This document shows positions 1 to 9,057 of a DNA stretch of 64,000 nt, piece after piece. Origin of the DNA: an uncultured Nitrososphaerota archaeon (GTDB taxonomy: Archaea > Thermoproteota > Nitrososphaeria > Nitrososphaerales > Gagatemarchaeaceae); assembly GCA_963718895.1 (NCBI GenBank), contig CAVRAG010000008.1, positions 672,001 to 736,000 on the forward strand, read 5' to 3'. Numbering within the stretch: the stretch's first letter is position 1; every line of letters begins with the position of its first letter. A program made the position numbers and the translations under genes. The notes under the pieces are model-generated. The model was given only the letters and a program-made list of their open reading frames with translations. It made no database searches and was not told the origin of the DNA.

Positions 1-1063
1 TCTCGACTGGCCCTTCTTGGCGTTAAGCGAGTGCGACCAGCCGAAGACTTCGCCGAATGCCCAAGCGCTCGTCATTGAGATGGCAATGGCACCTAGGAGC
101 CCGGCGTCGAACAGCCCGATGGCAACAAATGTCCCGATGTAGTTGTTGATCGGAATCAGTAACTTCGCGGCGTCCGCCGCAGAGTCAACGTTCCTTCCGA
201 ACAAGAGCGTACCCGCTACTATGACGAGAACGCTGGCGGTCACGACCGTGAAGAAGGCGCCGAGGGCGGTGTCAGCGCGCTCATAGGGGATGTCCTTGGC
301 GCGAAGGCCCTTGTCGATCACGGAGCTCTGGTGGAAGAATAACATCCAGGGCGCTACGGTGGTGCCGACATTTGCCATCAGGAGAAAGACCACCGGACCT
401 GTGATGCCGAAGGGGAAGCCAGGAACCACGCCGGTCCAGAAGACCTTGGACAGATCGGGATGCACGAGAAAGGCGGCAGGAATGTAGATGAGGTTCACGA
501 CGCAGAGCATCAGGACGATCTTCTCCCAGGTCCAGTATCGGCCGTTGATGACTATGGCCATGATGAAGGCGATGACGCAGATCTCCGTTATCCAAGGAGC
601 CACACCGAATATGCTCATGGCCGCGGTCATGCCTATGAACTCGGTGACTATCGTCAGCGCATCGGTTAGCGTGAGGTCCGCCAGAGAGAACCATCCCCAG
701 AACGGGCCAAAGGCGTCGAAGATCGATTCGGCGAAACCTCGCTTAGTTATCGCCCCCAGCCTGACGCACATCTCCTGGCAGGTATAGGCCACCGGGAAGA
801 GCAGCAGCAGGACCCACACGAAGCTGAACCTGAACTGGGAACCGGTCACCATGTAGGTCGTAATTCCCCCGGCGTCGTTGTCCGCGACCATCACAATGAT
901 CCCGGGACCTAGGATGACTCCAAGGATGGCTAGCTGTTTCCGGAAACGGCGATAAGTGTAGTACAGCCGTGGGACCGGTTTCGTACTAAAGGACCTCCCT
1001 GATCACTCCTCTAGTAGGCTTTCTCGCCCGTTGGACTGCTCTCGCCGGTGGTTCGTTGCTCAT
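1..1063 (-). CDS. NRAMP/MntH-like divalent metal transporter (3' end runs off window; probable frameshift near 990)
   Basis: Manual minus-strand translation gives ILGPGIIVMVADNDAGG, CQEMCVRLGAITKRG and ANVGTTVAPWMLFFHQSS, typical NRAMP-family motifs. The frame is open from about 1000 to 1. The likely ATG at 1063 is in another frame. Not in the ORF track. Confidence 0.85.
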
Positions 1064-1103
1064 CCAACGGGTCGCCCTTGAGTCCCGTGCCGAGAGGCCA
1101 AAC

Positions 1104-1132
1104 GTATATACAGATATCCCCTCCCCATGGAT
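1104..1132. promoter_or_regulatory. Palindromic TATA element (GTATATAC) and C-tract-containing candidate CsoR-family operator between the divergent NRAMP and repressor genes
   Basis: GTATATAC at 1104-1111; ATCC-CCTCCCCAT-GGAT at 1116-1132. G/C tracts are typical of CsoR/RcnR operators. Confidence 0.35.
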
Positions 1133-1405
1133 GGCATAGACTTGGCGAACCACAAGAGAAAGGACGTTGCGAGGAGGGTCGCGAGGATACACGGCCACGT
1201 TCAGGGAGTCAGCGAGATGCTCGACGAAGGCAGATCATACTCTGAGGTCGTGCATCAGATTGTGGCGATCAGATCAGCTCTGGACAGCGTGATACAGGTA
1301 ATCGTGGACGATCTGGTTGAGGACTGCGTTCAAAAGGCAGACAGAAGGGAACCGATGACGGACAGCCTGGTAGAGCTCCAGCAGATCGTTGCCAAGATAA
1401 GATGA
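1127..1405 (+). CDS. CsoR/RcnR-family (DUF156) metal-sensing repressor
   Basis: 92 aa with RVARIHGHVQGVSEML...QIVAIRSAL pattern; divergent from a metal transporter. Confidence 0.85.
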   Translation: MDGIDLANHKRKDVARRVARIHGHVQGVSEMLDEGRSYSEVVHQIVAIRSALDSVIQVIVDDLVEDCVQKADRREPMTDSLVELQQIVAKIR

Positions 1406-1420
1406 GGTTGGGGGCTCACA

Positions 1421-1595
1421 GGGGTTGGCCCGCCCCATTCCAAACGCGCCCTCGCCAGGCGGGTTATGCCCGCGAACCTGCGAGCGGGACAGGCAATCAG
1501 TCTGGTTGAAGTGACCGGAGGCTTTGGCTCAACGACCTGAGCCACATGTGTGGAGGGTAGTCGCAGCCCTCCCGGCCCATCCAGCGGGTGACTCC
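1421..1595. ncRNA. Candidate structured RNA (unidentified)
   Basis: Ends can pair (1421-1433 with 1584-1595). Hairpins at 1525-1544 and 1552-1572 have complementary loops. Lies between convergent genes. Confidence 0.35.
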
Positions 1596-1608
1596 TCGTG
1601 TTCCGCCT

Positions 1609-2055
1609 CTAACCCGACCCGGCCTCGCCGCCGAACTCGTGAGGCCAGATCTCCTCCATGGCTTTCTGGCTGAAGTACTTGTGGCCCTTGTGAGCCTCCC
1701 TGTCGCTCTCGAAGAAGTTCTGCCTGCAGGTCATGCAGTAGAAGTCCTCGGGGACCGGCTCATGTCCGGCCTCCAGAGCGTGGACTCTCTCGGAGAACGA
1801 GATGACCGGGAAAGTCTCGACCTTTCCGCGCATGTAGAGAGGCTCCAGGTAGTCGCGCAGAGCCTCCACGCTCTCCGCTTCGAGAATGATAAAACGCGAG
1901 TGTTGTATGGGAGCGGTATAGAGCGCCAGGACCTTGACCCCAAGCCTCTCCGCCACATCAGACTGAAGGCTCCGGTAGTGCTTTTCGACGGCCTCCTCTC
2001 CCTCACGGGCGGGACAGTTCTCAAGAGTGTGCGAGTGCGCCACGAGATAGAGCAT
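1609..2055 (-). CDS. Hypothetical protein: DUF3303/GYD-like alpha-beta domain plus C-terminal CxxC...HxxH zinc-binding motif
   Basis: N-terminal HxHxxExCP motif; C-terminal CMTC-x11-HKGH. Confidence 0.65.
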   Translation of the reverse strand: MLYLVAHSHTLENCPAREGEEAVEKHYRSLQSDVAERLGVKVLALYTAPIQHSRFIILEAESVEALRDYLEPLYMRGKVETFPVISFSERVHALEAGHEPVPEDFYCMTCRQNFFESDREAHKGHKYFSQKAMEEIWPHEFGGEAGSG

Positions 2056-2310
2056 GGCGCCTTCAATCCGGGTCCCAGATTAATGCGTTGCGAAATCTCT
2101 CGTGAACCGTTCGTGAACGGTCTTCAAGGATGCGCAGCTAGAAAGTCGTAGAGAACCGATCGAATCCAATCCATTACAAGGATTCTTTGCAATTCCGTCC
2201 GGGCACGCTCCACAAGGCATAGTCACTTGAGGAAAGGGGGAGGTCTGAAGCCGCGGAGGCAACGGACGAGTAAGTACATATATATCTCGGCCGTACATTT
2301 TCAGAAACAG

Positions 2311-3009
2311 ATGGTCAGTTCGCCCAGTTCCGATGGTGCAGCAGAGAATCTCACCGAGGAAGACGGCCTAGACTCGATACTGCTCGCCATAGAGAACCCG
2401 GTCAGGAGGAAGATTATCAGGAGACTGAGCAGGCAGCCGAGCTACCAACTGCAGATCTCGAAGGAGTTAGGGTTCAGCCAGCAGTTGGTCGCGAAGCACC
2501 TCGACGCCATGGAGGGGACCGGTCTGGTCTCATCCCTCATGGAGAACAGCCCCCATGGACCCAGGAGGAGGGAGTATCTGCTCAACAGGAGCATTTCCCT
2601 CAGCATCGATTTTGCCCCCAATCTCTTCAGGGCGAGGCTCTTCTCGTTCGACTCGCCCGAGGCAGACACGAACGGTGACCCTAACGACCTCTTCAGGAGC
2701 CTCAACGACGTCGCCAAGCGGCCGGAGGAGAGCGGAAAGATGCGCCCCCTGGGTTCGATCATCTCCGAGATTGACAAGAGGCTTGCCAACATACAGGACG
2801 AGAGGTCTGTGCTGCTGTACGTGAGGCACCTTGCGATGAAGGAGGTCGCCAAGGCCATCAGCGGGATGCCCATGACCTGGGACGAGAAGAAGGCACTATA
2901 CCAGCTGATCAGCGAACGCGAGAACAGCGTCGAGGGAATATCGAGGACTCTCAAGCTGAGGGAGGATTGGGTCCGAGAGGTAATCTCGAACCTGCAGAGA
3001 AACCTCTAG
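2311..3009 (+). CDS. ArsR-type winged-helix regulator with coiled coil (COG1777 / Phr-HSR1-like)
   Basis: LAIENPVRRKIIRRL...QQLVAKHLDAME...GPRRREYLL, then coiled coil and a second HTH. ATG at 2311 follows a TATATA box at about 2279. Confidence 0.8.
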   Translation: MVSSPSSDGAAENLTEEDGLDSILLAIENPVRRKIIRRLSRQPSYQLQISKELGFSQQLVAKHLDAMEGTGLVSSLMENSPHGPRRREYLLNRSISLSIDFAPNLFRARLFSFDSPEADTNGDPNDLFRSLNDVAKRPEESGKMRPLGSIISEIDKRLANIQDERSVLLYVRHLAMKEVAKAISGMPMTWDEKKALYQLISERENSVEGISRTLKLREDWVREVISNLQRNL

Positions 3010-3066
3010 GGTTAGTTTCTAAAAAGAAGAGAAGGGGTCTCTTCCACGCAGGAAGATTACAGCTGA

Positions 3067-3234
3067 TTACGCCTGGAAGGTCGTTTGTGGAACGCCGAGC
3101 TGCGCCTGAAGCGTCCTGATGCGCTCGGAGTATTCCTTCAGCCTGACCGCGTCGTTCTGGACCTTGGCAATCTTGTATGCCTTCCAAGCCTTCCTCAGTG
3201 CCCCCCACGTCTGGCCGGTTGTGTAGGTACTCAT
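3067..3234 (-). CDS. Small basic hypothetical protein (55 aa)
   Basis: MSTYTTGQTWGALRKAWKAYKIAKVQNDAVRLKEYSERIRTLQAQLGVPQTTFQA*. Below the ORF-track cutoff, with normal codon usage and a T-rich tract downstream. Confidence 0.7.
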   Translation of the reverse strand: MSTYTTGQTWGALRKAWKAYKIAKVQNDAVRLKEYSERIRTLQAQLGVPQTTFQA

Positions 3235-3336
3235 CTTTATTCTACCTTGTAGGACGATATCGCGCCTAGGATATTTTGGGGACGGGGTCTAGAGAACTTG
3301 AGCAGTCGATGCGAACAGATTCAACCGGGTCGGCGG

Positions 3337-3957
3337 CTACTGGGCAGCGGGAGGGTCAGTCTTGACCTCGGCACCTTGAGCCTCGGGCGCAATCTGGGTC
3401 TCTGCAGAGGGGGCCGGGGTGGCCTCTGACGTGGCTGAGGCCTGGGCCTCTACCGGCGCCGCCGGGAGCGGCTTGGTGGCGACCTTGTCCATGATTGCCT
3501 GCGAGACCTCTTCCCTTGTCATCCCCGCCGTGTTTATTCTCAGCGACCTGGCCATCTCGATTAGCATCTGGTCTGCCGACTTCGGAGGCGCGGGTGGCAC
3601 GTTCACCACCGGGGCCGGCGCACCTGGTTCAAGCGTCGAGCCGGAAGTTGGCGCGCTCGGAGCAGGACCTCCCGCCGAGGCTTTGGCTATCTCCTCCGGG
3701 GTCGGGTTCCCTGGGATTCCCGGCGATGCCGCCCCCCCGAGCAGGGCGTTGCTGAGCGTGTCGATGTTCAGGTTGCCGGAATTCATCCCCGTCTGCAACT
3801 CCTTGGTAATTCCCTGGAGCTGTTTCGTGGCTCCGTCGAACTGCTTCTTCGCCTGGGCGAGAGTCTTTGCCATCTCTGGTATCCTGTCGGGTCCATAGAT
3901 CAGGATGCCGGCGCCCATGGCCAAGATAACACCCCACTCAAGTAAATCCAAGGCCAT
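3337..3957 (-). CDS. tatA: Twin-arginine translocase TatA/E-family subunit with Pro/Ala-rich tail
   Basis: N-terminal TM followed by YGPDRIPEMAKTLAQAKKQF amphipathic helix. Confidence 0.8.
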   Translation of the reverse strand: MALDLLEWGVILAMGAGILIYGPDRIPEMAKTLAQAKKQFDGATKQLQGITKELQTGMNSGNLNIDTLSNALLGGAASPGIPGNPTPEEIAKASAGGPAPSAPTSGSTLEPGAPAPVVNVPPAPPKSADQMLIEMARSLRINTAGMTREEVSQAIMDKVATKPLPAAPVEAQASATSEATPAPSAETQIAPEAQGAEVKTDPPAAQ

Positions 3958-4022
3958 GTAAGGTCAGATTGTTTCCGCCCGGCGCCGGTTATTTAAGGGA
4001 AGTGGCGCGAATGAGCTCCCGG

Positions 4023-4125
4023 AGAGACCGGCAGACCTTGTCAGGACCTCGCGCGGCTGGATACCGTAGGGAGGGACTTACCGGCCATCCCCCCGGGACG
4101 TCCTCGCTCGAATCCGCAGGTCTCT
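4023..4125. ncRNA. Candidate ~100-nt structured RNA (unidentified)
   Basis: Nested stems: AGAGACC/GGTCTCT (4023-4029/4119-4125), GCAGA/TCCGC and AGGAC/GTCCT, plus inner hairpins. Located between the two divergent TATA boxes. Confidence 0.3.
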
Positions 4126-4175
4126 AATCCAGGCCCCTTATAGCCACAAATAGCGGAATTGTTCTGGAATGTGGG

Positions 4176-5273
4176 ATGGCGAAAGGAACACCACCGCCCA
4201 GGATTGAGCGCCTCCGCAAGGGGGTCGCCAAGAGGGGTCTGAAAGGCGTCGTGCTAGCCCCCGGTCCGAACACTGAGTACTACACCGGCGTGCGCTCGAA
4301 GCTTCTCGAGCGACCTTTCCTTCTGTTCGTACCCGCGGAGGGAGACCCTCAGCTGGTCGCCCCGACGCTCGAATCGGGGCCATACACGAGGTCGCCGGTC
4401 GATATCACCGTGCACAGCTGGGATGATGCGAGCGGGCCCTCGGGTGCTTTCGCTTCGCTCCGTAGACAGATAGACCTAACCGGTGACTGGGGGTGCGAAG
4501 GTAGGGTCCCGTTCGGCTACCTCACCCACGTGGTGGGGGAGGGCCTCGAGCTCAGCCCAGCGGACCCGATCCTGCAGTCAATCCGAGAGGTCAAGGAGGC
4601 GTCAGAGATCAGGCTCCTGAAGGAGGCCGCGAAGATACTCGGTAAGGCGTTCCTGAGGATCCCGGAGTTGATGAAGGAGGGGATGACGGAGATCGAGCTC
4701 TCGGTCGCCATCAGGGAGGAGATATTCGCGCTGGGAGGAGAGGCCGTCGACTTCTGCGACGTGCAGGCCGGAGAGGACGCGGCAGATCCGCACTGGGCAC
4801 CCTCCAAGAGAAAGATAGCGCAGGGGCTGGGGGTCGTGACGGACGTGGGATGCACGCTCTCCGGATACAACGCCGACATCACGAGGACCTTCCTCCTGGG
4901 CAAGAACCAGGAGCTTGAGGATGCGTACGGGCATGTGCTCGAGGCTCAGAGGAAGGGCATCAGGGCGATAGGTCCGGGGAAGAGGGTGGGAGAGGTCGAC
5001 GCCGCAACCAGGGGCCATCTCGAGGCCAAGGGACTCGGGAAGTACTTCTTCCACAGGACCGGGCACGGACTCGGGCTTGAGATTCACGAGGAGCCCTACA
5101 TCATCTCGGGAGGGAGGAAGGCGCTCAGGGAGGGGATGGTATTCACGGTGGAGCCTGGGGTGTACGTGGCCGGGCGGTACGGGGTGAGGATCGAGGACAA
5201 CGTAATCGTGACCCCGGGAGGATGCGACGTCATATCCAGGTCCGTCCCGAAGGAATTCGGCTGGTGGGAGTGA
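4176..5273 (+). CDS. Xaa-Pro peptidase (M24 prolidase family)
   Basis: DVGC...YNADITRT, HRTGHGLGLEIHEEP, TVEPGVY and GVRIED motifs. Confidence 0.92.
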   Translation: MAKGTPPPRIERLRKGVAKRGLKGVVLAPGPNTEYYTGVRSKLLERPFLLFVPAEGDPQLVAPTLESGPYTRSPVDITVHSWDDASGPSGAFASLRRQIDLTGDWGCEGRVPFGYLTHVVGEGLELSPADPILQSIREVKEASEIRLLKEAAKILGKAFLRIPELMKEGMTEIELSVAIREEIFALGGEAVDFCDVQAGEDAADPHWAPSKRKIAQGLGVVTDVGCTLSGYNADITRTFLLGKNQELEDAYGHVLEAQRKGIRAIGPGKRVGEVDAATRGHLEAKGLGKYFFHRTGHGLGLEIHEEPYIISGGRKALREGMVFTVEPGVYVAGRYGVRIEDNVIVTPGGCDVISRSVPKEFGWWE

Positions 5274-6969
5274 TGCGGAACCACGACGTCGCCGAGCTGC
5301 TGGAGAGGCTCTCCCTGCTCTCGGAGGCGAGTGGCGAAGACAGGTTCAAGGCGATAGCGTACAGGAGGGCCGCGACGAGCGTAAAGAACCTGGGCGAGGA
5401 CATCGACGAGGTCCGAAAGCGCGGAGAACTGACCCAGATACAGTACATCGGTGAGGGCATCGCGAAGAAGATCGACGAGTATCTAAGGACTGGCAAGCTC
5501 GAGTTCCTGGACAGGCTCGAGAAGCAGGTCCCAGAAGGGACTCTCGAGCTGATGCAGGTGCCTGGCGTCGGGCCCCGGACCGCTCACAAGCTGTCGAAGG
5601 AGTATGGAGTGAGGAGCGTGGCTCAGCTCAGGGCCGAGCTGGGACGGGCAAGCTCAACGGACGCTCTGGGCGAGGTGATGGCCAAGAGAATCCTCGAGTC
5701 GGTCGAGAAGATGAAGACCGGACAGTCGCGGATGCTCCTGGTCGAGGCGGTCTATCTCTCCCGGGACCTTGTGGGCTACTTCGGGAGCCACGGACTGAAG
5801 GTAGACGTTGCCGGCAGCCTCCGAAGGGGTAAGAGCACGATAGGCGACCTCGACATCCTCTCAAGCGATGGCGAGGCGGCGGAGCGGCTAGTGGGATATC
5901 CCGGGGTGGACAGGGTCATCGAGAGGGGACCGACGAGGACGAGCGTCTTCCTGAAGAGCGGAGTCCAGGTCGACGTGCGGGTCCTCGCGAAGGAAGGAGT
6001 ACGGGGCAGCGCCTCCTCTACTTCACCGGCTCGAAGGAGCACAACATCATCCTGCGCAACCTCGCGATCGAGAAGGGCTGGAAGCTGAACGAGTACGGGC
6101 TCTTCGAGACGAAGACGGGCGAAGGGTCGCCGGGAAGAGCGAGACGGAAATCTACAGGAAGCTCGGGCTCGAGTTCATCCCGCCAGAGCTGAGGGAGGCG
6201 ACAGGGGAGGTAGAGGCTGCGAGAGAGGGAAGGCTTCCTCGCCTTGATCGAGGCGGGCGACCTCAGGGGAGACCTCCAGATGCACAGCACCTGGAGCGAC
6301 GGCGCCGACGAGCTGGAGCAGATGGCGAGGGCGGCGAAGGCGAAGGGATACGAGTACATCGCCGTTCACCGACCACTCGTTCTCGGTGGGGGTCGCGAAC
6401 GGCCTCTCCGAGGAGCGGTTCAGGAGGCAGTGGAAGGCGATAGACGACCTGAACGACGAGCTGAAGCCGTTCAGGATACTGAAGGGCGGTCGAGGCCGAG
6501 GTGAGGTCGGACGGAAGCCTCGACTACGACCGCCCTTTCTTCGAGAACTTCGACATGGTCGGCGCGTCAATCCATCAGGCCTACAGGCAGAGCCCCGAGA
6601 AGCTGACGGACAGGGCGGTCAAGGCACTGACCCATCCCTCGCGTCGACGTTCTCTTCCATCCCACGAACAGGCTCATCGGAAAGAGGGAGGGGAACCCGA
6701 TCGACCTTCCGAAGGTCATCGCTACGGCGAAGGACAACGGGAAGATGCTCGAGATCGACGGATCGCCGATGAGGCTCGACCTCGACGAGGTCTGGGCGAG
6801 GAAGGCGATGGAGGAGGGAGTGACGCTCCTCATCGACTCCGACGCTCACAGCACGGGCGAGCTCGAGAACGTCGAGTACGGCACGATAGTGGCCAGGAGG
6901 GCCTGGATGGAGAAGAAGAATGTCGCGAACACGCATACTCTCAAGGGTCTGATGAGGAAACTCGCATAG
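5273..6969 (+). CDS. polX: DNA polymerase X with C-terminal PHP domain (multiple frameshifts: assembly error or pseudogene)
   Basis: [52 protein letters not shown] and IDSDAH are distributed over several frames. Confidence 0.85.
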
Positions 6970-7059
6970 CTTCGAAACCCCCCTCTCGTAATCTGGCTGC
7001 CCGTGCAATTTCGCTGGGCCTCGTTTTCTGCATCTACTCTACGTACTACTGCACTCGCG

Positions 7060-7895
7060 CTAAGATGAGCGAGGTTTCTTCCAAGGGATAAGCATGAACC
7101 TGGCTATTTGCTTCTTCCATAGAGTGTTGCTTCTAGCCAGAACGTAAAGATCGAAACAATCCTTTTGCGCGTGAATCTTCGATCCTGGGTAGTCTTCATT
7201 TGCTTTCCTCTTGTAAATTGAGACCTCTATCCCGTAAAGAACCCCCATCGCTTCCGCAATCCTGTCAAGAAGAAAGAGATTCGAGTTGTAGAGATGCGCT
7301 CTGACAGTTCAATTCACCTCACGATAGATGCCGCCGTCGGCATCCCAGAATCCAGCGATTAGACAACGCGCGTATCTTGAGGAATCGAGAACGAAATCAA
7401 CATTCTGCCAGATCCGGGCCCCCTTTGGCGAACAGATAGCTCTTGACAAGACTGTCGAGTTACATCGAATAAGTAGCGCGCCGTTCCTTGGCACGATAAA
7501 GACGCTTCCGAAACTGCCGAGTACAGACCTAACTAACGGCTCAATGAACCTCTGTTCACGTTCTGAGACAATGGGATCTATCTCTCTCTTGTTGGTATAC
7601 CCGTCCCCGAGGACCCATCCCAGAGTATACGCCAATTCCGCGGTCAACCTGACTTGATGTTTGACAATTGACACACCGTTCTCCATCACAATTCGGGGAT
7701 GAAGGGGCGTCTCAATACTAGTTCAGTCATGATCGTCGGAGTTACTTGTGGCCGAGCTTCAACCCCAGAACGACGGAGCGTGCTGGCCACCGAACTACTG
7801 GAAATTCCCAGCTTTCGGGCAATCGAATCCCTGGACAAGCCTTCCTCAAGGTAAAGTCGCTTAACGGTTCTAGTTGGCACCACGACGCCTTTCAT
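7060..7895 (-). pseudogene. Free-standing HTH + double-motif LAGLIDADG homing-endonuclease-like gene, disrupted
   Basis: HTH ORF at 7686-7895; LAYTLGWVLGDG and IAGFWDADG motifs in 7309-7689. An in-frame TGA at 7309-7311 is followed by a same-frame continuation to 7060. GC is visibly lower than the flanks. Confidence 0.8.
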
Positions 7896-7946
7896 CGACC
7901 TAGAAGAGTCAATTCTTAATTAAACGCCAATAGGGAGGACGCGATT

Positions 7947-8056
7947 GCGGGGGTAGCTAAGCCTGGTCAACAGCTTGGGACTTAAGCACGTATCGGATAG
8001 CTCGTTGAGATATCCCATCCCCTAGGGGTTCGTGGGTTCGAATCCCACCCCCCGCA
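7947..8056 (+). tRNA. tRNA-Leu (UAA) with 25-nt intron (7987-8011) at canonical position 37/38
   Basis: Acceptor stem GCGGGGG/CCCCCGC, anticodon stem TGGGA/TCCCA, long variable arm, GGTTCGAATCC. BHB motif with central helix CUUA/UGAG and bulges AG^C and AU^A. TATA-like TTAATTAAA upstream; CCA not encoded. Confidence 0.95.
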
Positions 8057-8157
8057 CACAACCACGATTCGCGCGGCGCCGCGACACTCCCGTCGGGATA
8101 CCCCGTGGCAGGAAGGTATATCCCCCATCGAACTAGAGAATCTCAGGAAGGCGAGCA

Positions 8158-9042
8158 GTGTTGAGCAAACTGGAAGAGAACTGGATAGCCGGCAAGACGT
8201 GCATGATTACCGGGAGCAATTCGGGAATAGGGAAGGCGACGGCGGTAGCTCTCGCGGGGATGGGGGCGTCTGTCATCATGGTCTGCAGGGATAGGACGAA
8301 GGGGGAGGCGGCGAGGCGGGACGTAATCGCAAAGAGCGGAGCGAAGGAAGAGGGCGTGTCGCTGATGTTGGCCGACCTCGCCTCGCTTAGCTCAGTGCGG
8401 CAGCTAGCAAACGACTTCCTGAGCAGGAATCAGAGGCTTCATGTGCTGATAAACAACGCAGGCTTGATTCTGGGCGAACGGACAGTGACCCAGGATGGGT
8501 TCGAGACGACCTTCGAGGTGAACTACCTCTCTCACTTCCTACTGACGAATCTCCTGCTTGACGCAATCCGGGGAGCTGCCCCCTCGAGGATAATCAACGT
8601 CAGTTCTGACGCACATCTGAGTGGACACATCGACTTTGACGACCTCCAGGGGGAGAAGAAGTACGGGGCCACCAGGTCCTATTCCCAATCCAAGCTTGCC
8701 CAGGTCCTTTTCACTCGCGAACTTGCCAGAAGACTGCAGGGGACCGGCGTGACCGTGAACTGCCTTCACCCCGGGGTCGTGGCCACGAACTGGGGACGCC
8801 ATGCCGTGGGGGCGATGAGCCTGGGGATCAGGCTGGCCAGTCCTTTCATGGCCAGTCCCGAGAAGGGTGCCTCGATCTCAATCTTCCTTGCTTCCTCGCC
8901 GGAGGTGGCAGGCGTGACTGGCAAGTACTTCGCCAAGAAGAGAGAGACGAACTCATCCGCCGAGTCCAAAGACGACGCCGAAGCGCTCAAACTGTGGAAC
9001 GTCAGCCTCGCCCTGGCGGGCGTTCCTGCCGGCGCAGCGTGA
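8158..9042 (+). CDS. SDR oxidoreductase (retinol dehydrogenase-like)
   Basis: TGSNSGIG, NNAG, YSQSK and HPGVVAT motifs. Confidence 0.92.
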   Translation: MLSKLEENWIAGKTCMITGSNSGIGKATAVALAGMGASVIMVCRDRTKGEAARRDVIAKSGAKEEGVSLMLADLASLSSVRQLANDFLSRNQRLHVLINNAGLILGERTVTQDGFETTFEVNYLSHFLLTNLLLDAIRGAAPSRIINVSSDAHLSGHIDFDDLQGEKKYGATRSYSQSKLAQVLFTRELARRLQGTGVTVNCLHPGVVATNWGRHAVGAMSLGIRLASPFMASPEKGASISIFLASSPEVAGVTGKYFAKKRETNSSAESKDDAEALKLWNVSLALAGVPAGAA

Positions 9043-9057
9043 ACGCGAGGCGGCCGC

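Noticed and set aside
1421-1595. SRP RNA or RNase P RNA assignment for the structured element
   Set aside because: Too short for archaeal SRP RNA and lacks the helix-8 GNRA/AGCA motif; the RNase P CR-I (GAGGAAxxUCC) and CR-V motifs are not present.
4043-4072. TPP riboswitch-like string (CTGGATA..CGTAGGGA)
   Set aside because: No GCUGAGA or CCUGAU elements, and the adjacent genes are unrelated to thiamine.
7309-7311. In-frame TGA as possible selenocysteine or recoding
   Set aside because: The position is in a LAGLIDADG loop where Gly (GGA) is plausible, no SECIS is evident, and the gene has another break; a nonsense mutation or error is simpler.
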